Origin: Acanthaster planci | Lineage: Eukaryota | Direction: 5' to 3' | Length of the DNA stretch: 64,000 bases | Assembly (NCBI RefSeq): GCF_001949145.1 | Contig: NW_019091355.1 | Span: forward strand, 5,853,068 to 5,917,067 | Shown: positions 19,001 to 31,000 of the stretch, piece after piece | Position numbering within the stretch: position 1 is the stretch's first letter | Layout: every line of letters begins with the position of its first letter | Notes under the pieces: model-generated | Told to the model about the DNA's origin: nothing | Databases searched by the model: none | What the model saw: the letters and a program-made list of their open reading frames with translations, nothing else | Position numbers and translations under genes: made by a program

Positions 19001-20717
19001 ACATTATCTTTAAGATACAGTACTCAATTAATGTAATTTCCACCCATCAGACTTAACGTATGAACTGGGGTGGTACTTGGTAAAAAGTGAGAGGGTCACA
19101 GTACCCATTCAGTCAAAATTCAACAGGGTAAGTACAGGCCTACAGTACCCATTTAGTCCAAATCCAATACCACATTGTAGCAAGTTCCCAGTACCTATTT
19201 CAACAAATTCAAATACCTTACTGGTGTTAAAGTTTGATGGTTAGGGATTGTTTGGGTTGAAGTATTATAGTAACAGATTACTAGTTAGGTTTTTGCCTTT
19301 TTTGTCACTGACTTTAGAGTATCACATTGCTGTTTGCGCTCACGACATGAGTTGCATTTTATTCTCATGGTTGTATTCACACCCACGCACACGGTGTACA
19401 CACAGCTCGCCCATTAACATGTACAGTGTACAACTCTGCACAGTACCACAGGCTGAATCGCTGGCTACCTTCCGATCGCTCAGCACTGCATGGTACAAAC
19501 GAGGGTGTATTTGGTTCCCAGACGAGCACAAACCAGTTAGGACCGTACTAAAGTAGATTGTCTTGGAGGGCGATTCGACTGCTCGGTAAGCAGGGCCTAC
19601 TTTGTTAATATAGATTCGAGTCACCGCATGTTGCAACTGGACAATTTAGCCAAAAAAAATAATGCAGCCTTGATGCAAGAATCGAAACTGAAGTGTTTAT
19701 GTTATTGTTTCTAGATTATTTCTGATGTAAATGTATGCACTAGAGTAAACAAACGTAAATGTGGCAGCATGACTTTTAAAGCTTGGCGGCAATTTCTCAG
19801 CGTGGCGGGCGCTGCAGAAAGCGTGGTGGGGCGCCACATTTTTTCTACATGTGGGAGCGGAGTGGACGTTGGACCCCACAGTTCTGGGTGTAGAAGAGCA
19901 CTGCGCAACTCAAAATGCCCACAACACAACATCTGCTTCAGCTTACATGGCTTAGGCCTAACTTGAAGTTTTGAAAGGCCAATTCAAAAAGACTGCACCG
20001 AGTGCACTGTATACCGAGCGTGTAGCTGTGGGCCTAGGCTAGCCCCACTAGTGTGGCATGGACCCTCGCTCCCACTCCATCCTTAGCCACACACCCGTAT
20101 ATGCAATTTCGTGACGGCATGGTGAAATCTTGAGCGCACCCTCTTATAATCGTAGGCGCACGTCACGTCACAGAGAGCGATCCACGCTACCAATGATTTG
20201 CCGCAAGCTGTGTGTGACTGGACAGGGAACCAGCCAAGGGCGTTGCGTATTAGCTGCGACACAAAACAGCCGTGATTTTCCACAAGTACTTAGGGACTAG
20301 ATCAACTTAGATCTCGCAGATCTGAATGAAATTCGTAAGTGCTGAAGTTTGGGTGCAAACTAGACAGGACTCGTATAGGGTACCATTACTTAACCGTAAC
20401 AAAGCAGTCTGTGTAATGTACAAGTCAGGCCAAAATGGCATAAAAGGCCACATTTTTTCCTCCAAACGAGAAAAAGGCGGAAAGTTTACCCCGTAAGTAT
20501 TGAACATATTGGGCGGATGTTTAGTTAGGCCTATACCCCCGGATATATCTTTTCGAAAGAAATCTCTATGAATCGGGAAAGGGCCCAGTATATGACTGAC
20601 ATGACGGAGGAGTATTCATTGGGCCCTGTTTACGGGTGTAGGGCTACATAAGTACATGTATGATGTAGCTACGCCTGCATCATTGCTAGCCCCACTCGTG
20701 CAGCACGGACTCTCACT

Positions 20718-21116
20718 CATGATTCTTGACCTTTCTGCTTTCTAAAAACCATTTACTGAATGATTTCACTCAAGTTCTTCAGGTATTTTCAAGTCTTTTT
20801 GCCTTTATCATTCAATCTACCAGGCTCTCTCTCACAGTCGCCATCTTTAAAATAAGGTTGTTGAACATTACATCACTTGATCCCTCAGTGTTTCGACGAC
20901 GAGGGATCATGTCTTCCATGTCAAGACATCTAGCTGTCTGTGTATTACATACGAGGGGTCAAGTGACGTAATGTTCAAAGACCTTATTTTAAAGATGGCG
21001 ACTGTGAGCCCGTTAGATCGAATGGATAAAGGCAAAAAGACTTGAAAATACCTGAATAACGTGAGTGAAATCATTAAATAAATGGTTTTTAGAAAGCGGA
21101 AAGGTCAAGAATCATG
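20718..21116. repeat. Long foldback (inverted repeat), arms ~165 bp
   Basis: 20718-20887 is an imperfect reverse complement of 20952-21116 (for example CATGATTCTTGACCTTTC / GAAAGGTCAAGAATCATG and CTCACAGTCGCCATCTTTAAAATAAGGT / ACCTTATTTTAAAGATGGCGACTGTGAG). Confidence 0.9.
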
Positions 21117-21685
21117 TTCGTGTGCAAAAGAAATTGCACCCACAATAAGTGGGTGCGCCGAAATATTCAATACGCCGACACGAAATTGCATATACGTGGC
21201 TAAAGATGGGTCGGGAGTGAGAGTCTGTGCCACACTACTGCGGCTACATCATTGCATGCTAGTAAAATCCGGAAACCTAGCCTAGCTAACTCTCGAATTT
21301 TTATCCATTCCCCTGTGGTTTGAGCTATCGAAAGTTTACTATATTACAATTCTCTGCCTCTTTAGCTGATTTAAAATGGATTCCGGAGGTGTTGACGGTA
21401 TGTTGACGGTGATTAGTAAGACCTGATTTCACGGGACAGGAATTCACACCGCTGAATTGTACCCAGACGTCTACTTGTACTCGGGAGGCCTAAATTTTCC
21501 CAACACGGAAGACGAAATCATCACATTTTTCATTGTAAAAATTCAACAAGACTAAAATCACAAAAGCAATCAAATTGACTTTAAATTGTGCTGTACATAA
21601 TACTCATGAAGAAGTGGGATCATTTACTAGATTATTCTGTTCTGTGGCACAGATTAAGACAGATTTTACAAATTCATTAAACTAC

Positions 21686-21721
21686 CTCGGTCAAAGGAAA
21701 CAGCGACCCGAATTAAAGAGG
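21686..21721 (-). promoter_or_regulatory. RPS14: Probable non-coding first exon of RPS14 with TCT/5'TOP start
   Basis: Minus strand CCTCTTTAATTCGGGTCGCTGTTTCCTTTGACCGAG|GTAGTT: polypyrimidine start and a splice donor. The ATG exon has its acceptor 2 nt before ATG (16034), so an upstream exon is required. Confidence 0.55.
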
Positions 21722-22280
21722 TCGAGGTAGGTCCTTGGTCGATCTAGCCTCGTCCAAAAAGTGTTCATTTACAGGGAAATAATATTACTTGTTTCTGTCA
21801 CAGTTTCAGGCTTTCAAAATTTGTGGCAATGACATTTACTTATGTTATATATAAATATTTAAATGTTTTTATAAAACATTTAGTTGAGAACAGATTAAAA
21901 GAAGTCATTTAAACGATACAATGTCTTCTCATTGTTCAAGTCCATTTTGTCACGACTTTGGAGGCGGGGCATACGGGGAGCTGATGGGCATATTATAATA
22001 TAACTGGTTCCCATTCCTTGTGCTAAGAACGTATGTAGTCCCCGATGGTTACCAGTCCATGTAAAGAGAGGTCAAGCGAAGTTCACTGACCTTGATTCGC
22101 CGGAAATAGTCGAGGTCTTCCGACCGCTCCCGATCAGAGCCATGTTGTTATTGTTTGGTACGGGTACGGGTACAGACGGACTGATTGTGTGGACAGCTGG
22201 AGCGAAACACTTAGAACAAAAAGACTCTTAGAAATTGTGCCAGAAATGGATGGGTGAACTAAATTCAGTCTTAGTTGTAA
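21720..22280. promoter_or_regulatory. Putative bidirectional promoter RPS14 / ZSWIM8
   Basis: CpG-retaining region between divergent genes. GC box GAGGCGGGGC at 21961, GGACTACA (minus strand) near 22035-22042, and a + strand donor GTAAGT at 22277 that could end a non-coding ZSWIM8 exon 1. Confidence 0.45.
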
Positions 22281-22768
22281 GTATGACACTTGAATATTTT
22301 TCTGTCAAATGGTTGCTGCGAACTTGGAGGAGAAAGAAGTGGCAAATTTAGTAGGTAAAAAAACAGGCGACAAAATTTGAAACTAAAGTAAAGTCTAAAC
22401 TGAGACAAACGTTGTTTAGTTGGGCATGTTGGGTAGACGAGGTATCATCGGCACGACGAGTGATACTTACTAATACTAGTCACCCGTTTAATTGAGAATT
22501 TCAGCTTGTGCGTCGGTATTGATGATGTTGTTGATGATAACATGATTTAATGGTCCTCTTTTTTCTAATCTTTTTGTTGCCACATGTTATGGTAGGCCTA
22601 CATGTTAATGGAAGTAGGTGAATCTTTGTTGGGGTTTGTTGATGCAAACAGTCATGACAGTTTACGAACAGTGATCACTCGTGTCAGTTTTGGTTGTGTC
22701 TACCCTCCAAAATAGTAAAAAAGGCTCTTTGTTCTGCATCATGGAGAAGCAGAACAAGGACACTTGAA

Positions 22769-23425
22769 CAGGTCGGGGACCAAACCACAATCTAGTGACA
22801 ATGCCAGACTATGCATACGCCACTCGTTTGTGCAACGATGACGTAATTTTGAACTTTTTTAGACCATGGTTCGCAGATGACATCAATCTCTTTATCGGCC
22901 AAAACCTTCAGTACAGATTGCTCTGGTTGATCCAATTTACAGGAAACCTGCTACCCTAGATCTGAATGAAACTTTCTTTTCATTTGGTATCTATAAAAGC
23001 GGATCAAGGAAATTTTTCGGTCGAATCTTGCACTGGATGTTTCAAATTAGGTAGGCAGGCGAGTCTGATTCTGCTGATGAAAATGTTTACGCCAAAAAAT
23101 TAAGCTTTGCTGAAGTTTACGTTATGCATGAAAATGTTGCCATTAAAAATCTCCATTGATTCACAGTGGCAGATTTTATGTTTACTGTGGCAATTTTCCA
23201 AAATAGCGATCGGAAACAATTTGCCATAGACTCCATCAGCAACAGTAACGGCAACGGTGGCCATGTTAGCTGCTGGCATTTCAAATCTTGTTATTTTCCC
23301 AAAATCGTGCGGGAAAATTACATCATTATCACGTGACCTGATAAAAATGATATCATTGCCGTTTGGACAAGCAACACAAGCAGAAACTAGGGACGTCGCT
23401 GGATTGTGGTTTGGTCCCCGGCCTG
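22769..23425. mobile_element. Non-autonomous DNA transposon with ~31-bp TIRs
   Basis: CAGGTCGGGGACCAAACCACAATCTAGTGAC / GTCGCTGGATTGTGGTTTGGTCCCCGGCCTG. No clear TSD. Confidence 0.65.
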
Positions 23426-23511
23426 ATGAAGGAGCTCAATAAATATTTCTAGGGATAAGGTCATGAAGGTACCATGTAGTCCAAGTAACATGGATCTACA
23501 TACATGTACAA

Positions 23512-24282
23512 TAGCCTTTGATCAAGGCGCCCGCGGCAAAATGGATAGTCAAGACCACACGACGAACTGCATACAAGCCCGAAATTAACCATGCATGCGA
23601 ATGCAGTAGCCGAGCTGTGTGTGTTGTGGACTGTGCGCGCCGCCGCAAGCGCCTTTGGAGCTTTGTTTCCAGTGGTTTATCTGAATTATTCAATATGCTA
23701 ATGTTATGAATTATTCACATTTCTCTGAACCAATCGTGTTTTCGGGGCTAAGTAGTCCAAGCATGTCTAGGCTACTTACGTTCATGAAGCGGCTGCACAA
23801 TGATGTGGCGTGGTATTTGAAACTGTTGCCATATCCATCCAGTTGGAAGATTGACAAATACGTCTTGACCCTCCAGAACAGCTTTCACGGCCAACATTTG
23901 CTGTGGTTTCAATTTGTCGATCGGACTCCCAAGCTTTGGTGTTGCATATTTGAGGCAATTCTGGAAGAGATTGTCGTTTAGAGTTTACACCACTGCCGGA
24001 AAGGATGCCGCATTGAATACACGCACTATTGTAATGATGAATAATTTATTACATGCACGACAGAGAGGATCGTTTTGATTGGTGGAGACTTATTCATAGG
24101 CATATATCGTATAAGAAAAACATAAGCTACATGGGGCAGAACTCCAAAGGCGTGCAGGGCGTGCGTGCTGTTTGTTGTGTAATCTTTCTTCGCACGTTGG
24201 TTTGGTGTTTAAACTAGTCTCCTCCAGCTCCTCCCTCTTTATTGACTATCCATTTCGCCGCGGGCGCCTTGATCCAAGGGTA
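23512..24282. mobile_element. TAG-ended non-autonomous DNA transposon with 9-bp TSD (Academ/AcademH-like)
   Basis: ~40-bp TIRs TAGCCTTTGATCAAGGCGCCCGCGGCAAAATGGATAGTCAA / TTGACTATCCATTTCGCCGCGGGCGCCTTGATCCAAGGGTA. Flanks CATGTACAA / CATGTACAT. Confidence 0.75.
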
Positions 24283-25098
24283 CATGTACATGCAGAACTG
24301 TAAGGTTTATGGACAAACTTACATAAACACATTTTGGCTGTTTTGATTCTACCAACTTGCTCTGCCATCAGAGCTACAGTATTTGTGCAACAAAATTTCA
24401 TACATGTACATGCCTTCTTGCTGAAGTAATATTTCTGATGGGGAGGTTTATTTACCTATATATCCTCATTAAAATGGTGAAATTCTTGATCAGTTTGCCC
24501 ATCCACACTACAGAAAATTGTGTTTTGAATTGTATTAAGTACATGTATCATGTTGATATTTCCCACTTCCACAAAGTTTATGATTTGGAATATGCTGTGA
24601 ATGGTCACTTATGCATTTTTCTGTCAAGGCTGACTGTGAATAATGCCCTAGCTTTACAGTAGGGTTTCATTTTCGAGATAAATTGGGAAAGATCGGGCCT
24701 TGATTGATTCAGTTGGAAGTGATGGGATATGCAATTTAGTCACTCAGATCTTTAATGCTAACTCTGAGGTATCCTTGAATCCTGAATGTTGACCTTTATG
24801 AATGCTCCAGTATTAACCATCCTCCAGTATTAACCATCCTCTTTGCAGGGAACCAGCTGCATACTGTACTTTGTAATTTATCTTCCAGAAGCATCAGCCT
24901 TCACTGAAAGCAATAGTGTTACAGCCATATGTATCTTCCTCATTCTTTCACAATAGTCATTGCCTGGTAGACATCATTAAGGTTCTTGAAGAGTTCTGGT
25001 TGACTAATCACTGCAATGTCTCAGAATGTTGGTCGTTTTTATCATACATCACAGGTTGTTCTGGACTTCATGATAGTGCTTTCCTTTGATGTTGCGAC

Positions 25099-28000
25099 AT
25101 GGAGTACATGTATGACTGGGAAGAGCAAGATCGATTCTCGTTTGAAGACAGTGACCGATTTGAAGAGGATTCCCTGTGCTCATGGGTCAGTGAGGCAGAG
25201 AGTGTCAGCAACAACAATTGGCGGGGATGGAGGAAGGGAGGGACGACAGTCGGGTCAGGAGGGTCATCACAGAGCAGCCATTCCAATGAAGGTTTGTGGA
25301 AACCATTTTTCATACATGTACATGTAGGTAATCCGTCATTCTACCCAGGTGGCATTGTTTTTTGTTTACAGTAAAATATGAGCCATAAATACAATTTTAT
25401 AAATCTGTTAGGATGCAAGCTCCATCATACAGAATGAGCAAAAAGAGTCCAGAAAATCCATCCCCCATGGTGGAAAACTCTGCCATCTTTCAAAACCAAA
25501 GGTCGCCTCATGCATTCAAAAAAATCCTGGAAGAGAAACCACTTTTTTTTCAACCTCTTCTTGCTGAACGTACATGTACATGTGTTATTCCACAATGTAC
25601 TTGTAGCAGTACCAACATGCCAACAATGCCAACATTTTCAATGTACCACAGCCACTCTGTAGTCTTTACAAAGTTGGACCACACAAATGCTGACCTATGG
25701 TGGTTATTTGCTCAAGATTTATTGAGAGTGACTTGGAATTGCTATGGCTTTTATATCAATAATCTTGATCAGACAGTCGAAGTGATGTCAACACTGGATC
25801 ATATGACACAGTTGAATGGTCCCAATTTAATCCAGAGTAAGATTCTGATGAATATCAGGCAGATGGCAGCGGTCATTTGCTGAGAATGACATCTACATGT
25901 ACATGTAACTTACTTTACCCGTTTTTCTCCATTCTTGTGCCATAGAGCCCCCCAAGGTCAAGAACCTCTGGGGGAACGAGAGCCATATTATGACATCATC
26001 AAATTGTTAGATTTGTTTGCCGCCCTCATTGAACTTTTTTTGTATTCTGAGCATTCTCGAGGTGGCACTGAACTCAAATGACCATTCTTTTCATAAATGC
26101 AAAGAAAAGTTTCCACTGTAGTCATGATATGGGTAACAATGACCAATTCCCTGTTAAAGAACCATTTTATGTCAAAGCAATGTGATTGATCTTTAACTAT
26201 GTTATTTGATACAAACTCTGCCAAATGAAACCCAGTCACTCCTGTTTTAGATGCATGTACATGTACCGTATTCTGCACATGTACATGTACATTACAGCGC
26301 TTACCCTTTGTCCCACTTTACCCAGCTGCATGCGTACACCTACATGTACCTCTTGGTTTACCCCAAAGACTACCTCAGACAGGAAGTGGCATGGAGCATT
26401 TTAATTTTTTTGTTACAGTGGGTCTTTCACCTTTGTTCCACTGAATCAGCTGGGTAGCCAGAATGTCTGGATTAGCAATGTTTTAGAGGACAGTGTTTTT
26501 TATTCTTATGCTGAAAATGTAATGAATGAATCTTATTAAGGTTTGGAATAAAAGATGTTAGCACTGGTTGTTGACAGTGTTTAACATCTTTTGTATAATG
26601 CAGACATGACTCATTATGTGGACAAAACATTCATTTAAATGTAGCTCCTCTAGAACAATGTACATAATTTATGTATTCGTACATGTATCATACATGTACA
26701 TGTATGTACAGTGGATTCTCAGTACCTGTATACCTCTTTGTTTTCTAGTATTAAAAGTCTTCCAAAACATTTCTTAAATCCTTGATAAAATTCTTCCTTT
26801 TGAAATTCTCCTTCATTGTCCATTTTCCACATACACGTGTACCGGTACAGGTACATGTACTTTCTAAGTCATTAGCACTTTTGCACATTATGTATGTACA
26901 TACATATACATGTAAGCGTGTCTGTTTTGACAATTTCAAAAAAATCTTTTGTGTAATGTACATGTACATGTACATGTGGTTCGTAATGTACACGTGTAGA
27001 GTGAATTGGAGTGAAGTTTTCTCTGCCATTTTGTTGTTTGCATTGTTTCTTTTGTTCATTTTTGTTCAAGTTGGAAAAAGCACGTGGTTGGATCATTGCC
27101 AACTGGCCGCAGTATAAGAACAATGAAGTGAACAGTATACGTGTACATGTAGATGATATTCAGATATCCTTTGTTAAAAATCTTGCATTTGATATTTGAG
27201 CACAGAAGGAGTCCATCTCATTACTCCCGTGACACCATAGAGCATAGAGTGTCCTTGCTCTATGGTGATACACATGTCCTTGTTTGCCTATTATTCAGCT
27301 GTTAAATAAATGAGGAAGTCATTAATTTGAATAAAGTAGCCTTGTTCCTGTGTCCTGACTACATTGTATGCATCCAGTTTGTTGAACAGTTCAAAAGAAT
27401 GAGTCAGAAAATTGTCAAGTCAACTATCATTTAAATTGGAATTCTCAGAAAAATTACAAGGATTCCCAGCAGTACCAAGTACATGTAAGTTAAGCTGGGC
27501 TTTGCTCTGTGATATGCGTGATTAACCAGTCTTTTTCAGTTTACCCACAAACATAGAACTCTGTGGATGTCTGTTAGTGTTTGTGATTAAACATCCTCAA
27601 TGAAATAAAGAAAGGGAGGGTTGTGAAACAGTGAATAAACCGCGGAAGTCTAAATGACTCAGCTGTGAAGTTTAAAGGAAAGCCACACAAATGAAGAAAT
27701 GCATGTACAATAGGGGGTGCAGGTGTGGTTTGGGTGACAGTACATGTACATGTACCTGCTAAAAAAGGCCAGAACACAAAATGATTTGGTTACTGATTGT
27801 TCAAAGATGCAGCACAGATTTGTGTGTGATGTACATGTAAAATGGTTTATGCATGTGTACAGATGTACATGTACAAGTACGGTATGTACATGTACATGTA
27901 CATTGCATCAATATCACCTGCAGACTGAATGATGCAGACTGCATACTGGTACATACATGTACATGTACCAAACATATTCATGTGTGTGCATGTAGACCTG

Positions 28001-31000
28001 GATCTAGATACATGTAAATGCAAGTTAAAGATGACTTAAACCACCCCAGTATGTTCATTATTACCTTTTGTGTATAAACCCCACAAGGTAAAATCTGCAT
28101 GTGGCTTTGAGATGGAACTAGTGCAATAAGATACCCCAGTACATGTAGTGCATCCAGTGAGCTATATGTACATGTACACCGTACTTGTACATTGTACATT
28201 CGTGTACATGTTGTATACCTCATGTATTTCAACATGTATACATGAAAAATTATGTGCATGTGTCTGTTATTTTTCATACATGTAGATCCTTGTTATTCAA
28301 GGAGACCCGGGTTGTGTGTTGTTTTTATTGGCTGAAATGAAGGATACATGGACGTCAGGAGATGAGCCTTACATGAGTATAGGCCTACATATATTTCAAA
28401 TTAACCATTTCTATTGTTGCAATAACAAGTTGTTTACCATAACTAACACTGACATTGAATGAACATGTATGTATCTGTCACGAATATATAATTAGAAATT
28501 TATTAAAAACAACTTCAGCAAAAGACTCAACTAAAAAATGGAATCATCATTATGATGCAAATTTATTCATTAATACATTTATCTGAAAGACCACCATAAC
28601 CTTCAAGTTCAACTTGGAAAGCCAAACTCCCCAGCACCAAATTACATGTACATGTACATACATTCTGGTACTAGTTAATTTAATTGAAGGATATTGTTTC
28701 CACCCAGTTACCTTTTAAGTGCAGTGAATTTTCAGCCTGACCTTTCCAACTCACTGAAAACAAAAGTGGTGCACGATCACTGTATCAGGGGCTGGAATTC
28801 ACCACACGCCGTAATTGTCCTTAAAAGGGTTGATCCATACACTGTATCTCCACAGCAAGTCTGTTATGTGTACATGTACATGTGTATACATACACCTATA
28901 TGTAGGATATGCCCTCGTCACAGAACATGTACATGTACATGCATACACATGTACCGGATGGCCCCTCAGTTGTAGATCTGGCAGTCCAACACTTCGCCTT
29001 GTCACAAAAAATGTAAACAAGTATTGTATACCATTTTCTTGACATTCAATCCTTGTGTCTGTCAAAAGTGGAAGTACGGGTACATGTACCATAGCCGAGC
29101 TGTTGAAAAGCAGAAATCAGTGAGATAGTGTCAGTTCAGGTGCAAGACTTTGTCAGACATCATTGATTACTGCATCAGTTGACATGAGGTTGAAATCATA
29201 GAGAAGATGTTTTGTAGATTTGGATCAAGCAATTAAAATATGGTTTCCCGAAGTGTTTTCATGTGATACTTTTACTATTTCTGTTAAAAGTCAATTAATT
29301 TGTCTGTCATGTTATAAGCTCTAGCACCAGCACATTGAGAATTTATGTACATTGTTATATTTTCAAAGAGCAGCAGATGTGTGTATGATGTTGAACATGC
29401 AGAATTTCCTTCTTGAAACACACTGTTGGAGTTTTGATGATTCACTAGGTCAAACCATGTTTTTCATTCAGTTTAAAAGCAGATTTTTTGTGAGCAGTTG
29501 TTCTGTGAACTGGAAGTTTTAAAATATGTGATGTGAAAACCGAGAAATCACAAAGAGAAAACAACATTTTTGTGACTTTTGGAGATAACGTAGTTATGCG
29601 CTACATGTACATGGATGCAGTTTTTGTTTGGATGAACTTTTGCAGTCGTGGAATAGTGGAATAACATTCAGTAAAATGTTATCTACATGTACCTTTATCT
29701 CTGTCATGTCTGTAGTGTGTTGTACAATTTTTTGATGTCACAATCACAGCCAGTCAACACAGTTAAACATGTTTTGCGTGTTTGATTGTGTTAGCTCAGG
29801 AAGATGGTCCCATGCAAGTTAATGCAAATTAAATGTACATGTAACAAACCTTGTGTATACTAAGTTTGAGTTGTTGGAATTGGAGATTCTTAAATAAGAA
29901 GTGCTGTTTGGATCCAGGCTCTTGACTTTACAATTCAAACGGCATGCAGAGATGTGTTGCGTAAGGTTGTAGGCCAGGAAATAGGTCCAGCATTGCCTGC
30001 TATCAGAGCAGTATGTGGATGGAATCTACCAGCAGGACTGCCAGCTTGTATTTCTGAAAGTATAAGACCAAACTGGGCCCTCAAAATCTCTCTATTTTGC
30101 AATGGAGTGTTGGCAACAATTTTCAAAATAGCAATGGGCACCACGACTGTTTTTAGGGGGGATTTTCTCTGGACAGTGGAATGAAATGTCTTTAACCCTA
30201 ACAGGCCCAAGTCCTCCAATTTCAGTACGATTTTACATACATCCTTGGGGGTTAGGGTTAAAAGTCATCCTTTAAGCCACTGAAAATTGAGAGGTAAATA
30301 AAAGATGAAGTGAGCTTTAATTTAATAGCAGTATGTGTCTTGAACACCTGAGAAACTTGTATTTTCCCTGACTTTTGGAAGTGGGGATATTTATCACTGT
30401 TGTCTATGGCAGCTTACATGTATTTACTGGTCTGCAACCATAGGCATAGAACTGCTGGGAGTTCAAGGGTAAGATCAGCCATCAGCATTATTGCCTGCCT
30501 TGCCAGTGCCGGGCAGAGTTCTTGTAAAATTTTCTTGACATATCTTCATTTTCATTTCCCCCAAACGGTATGTTTTCTTATTTCACTACCTGTAGAAATA
30601 AAGACGGTGAAGTGTCAGTTTTGTTTTAAGCTGATTAAGTACATGTACAATTTGTAAAATATTTTAGCGTCCACTAAAATGACTAAGCTTTTAATTGACA
30701 TTGTTTATCCAAGAGTAGGAGTACAGGCACTTTAGTCAGTGCCATTATGTTCTTATCATATTGCTGTTTTGTTGCTGAATGTATGTAGATAATCCCAGTG
30801 GGTTTCAATGTCCATTTGGTAGTATTCCGTTGCCCAAACAAATCAGTGTTTCTCTTCTGTGCAATATCCTGACCTGGTGGCCCCAGCTTACCCAGAAATC
30901 TAGGTCAGTTGTTTGTTCCCCTAACTGGCAAGACCATACAATTGAAGCACTTGAGGGATCATTTAAATACATGTACATGTATATGTACATGTGTATGTAC

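Noticed and set aside
21420..21524. Possible box C/D snoRNA in an RPS14 intron (GTGATGA on minus strand at 21524-21518)
   Set aside because: No D box (CTGA) at a suitable distance and no terminal stem. H/ACA snoRNAs cannot be excluded by eye; an Infernal/Rfam scan would decide.
27233..27267. Perfect 12-bp-arm hairpin CACCATAGAGCA/TGCTCTATGGTG
   Set aside because: Too short for a pre-miRNA; likely a collapsed MITE remnant with no further support.
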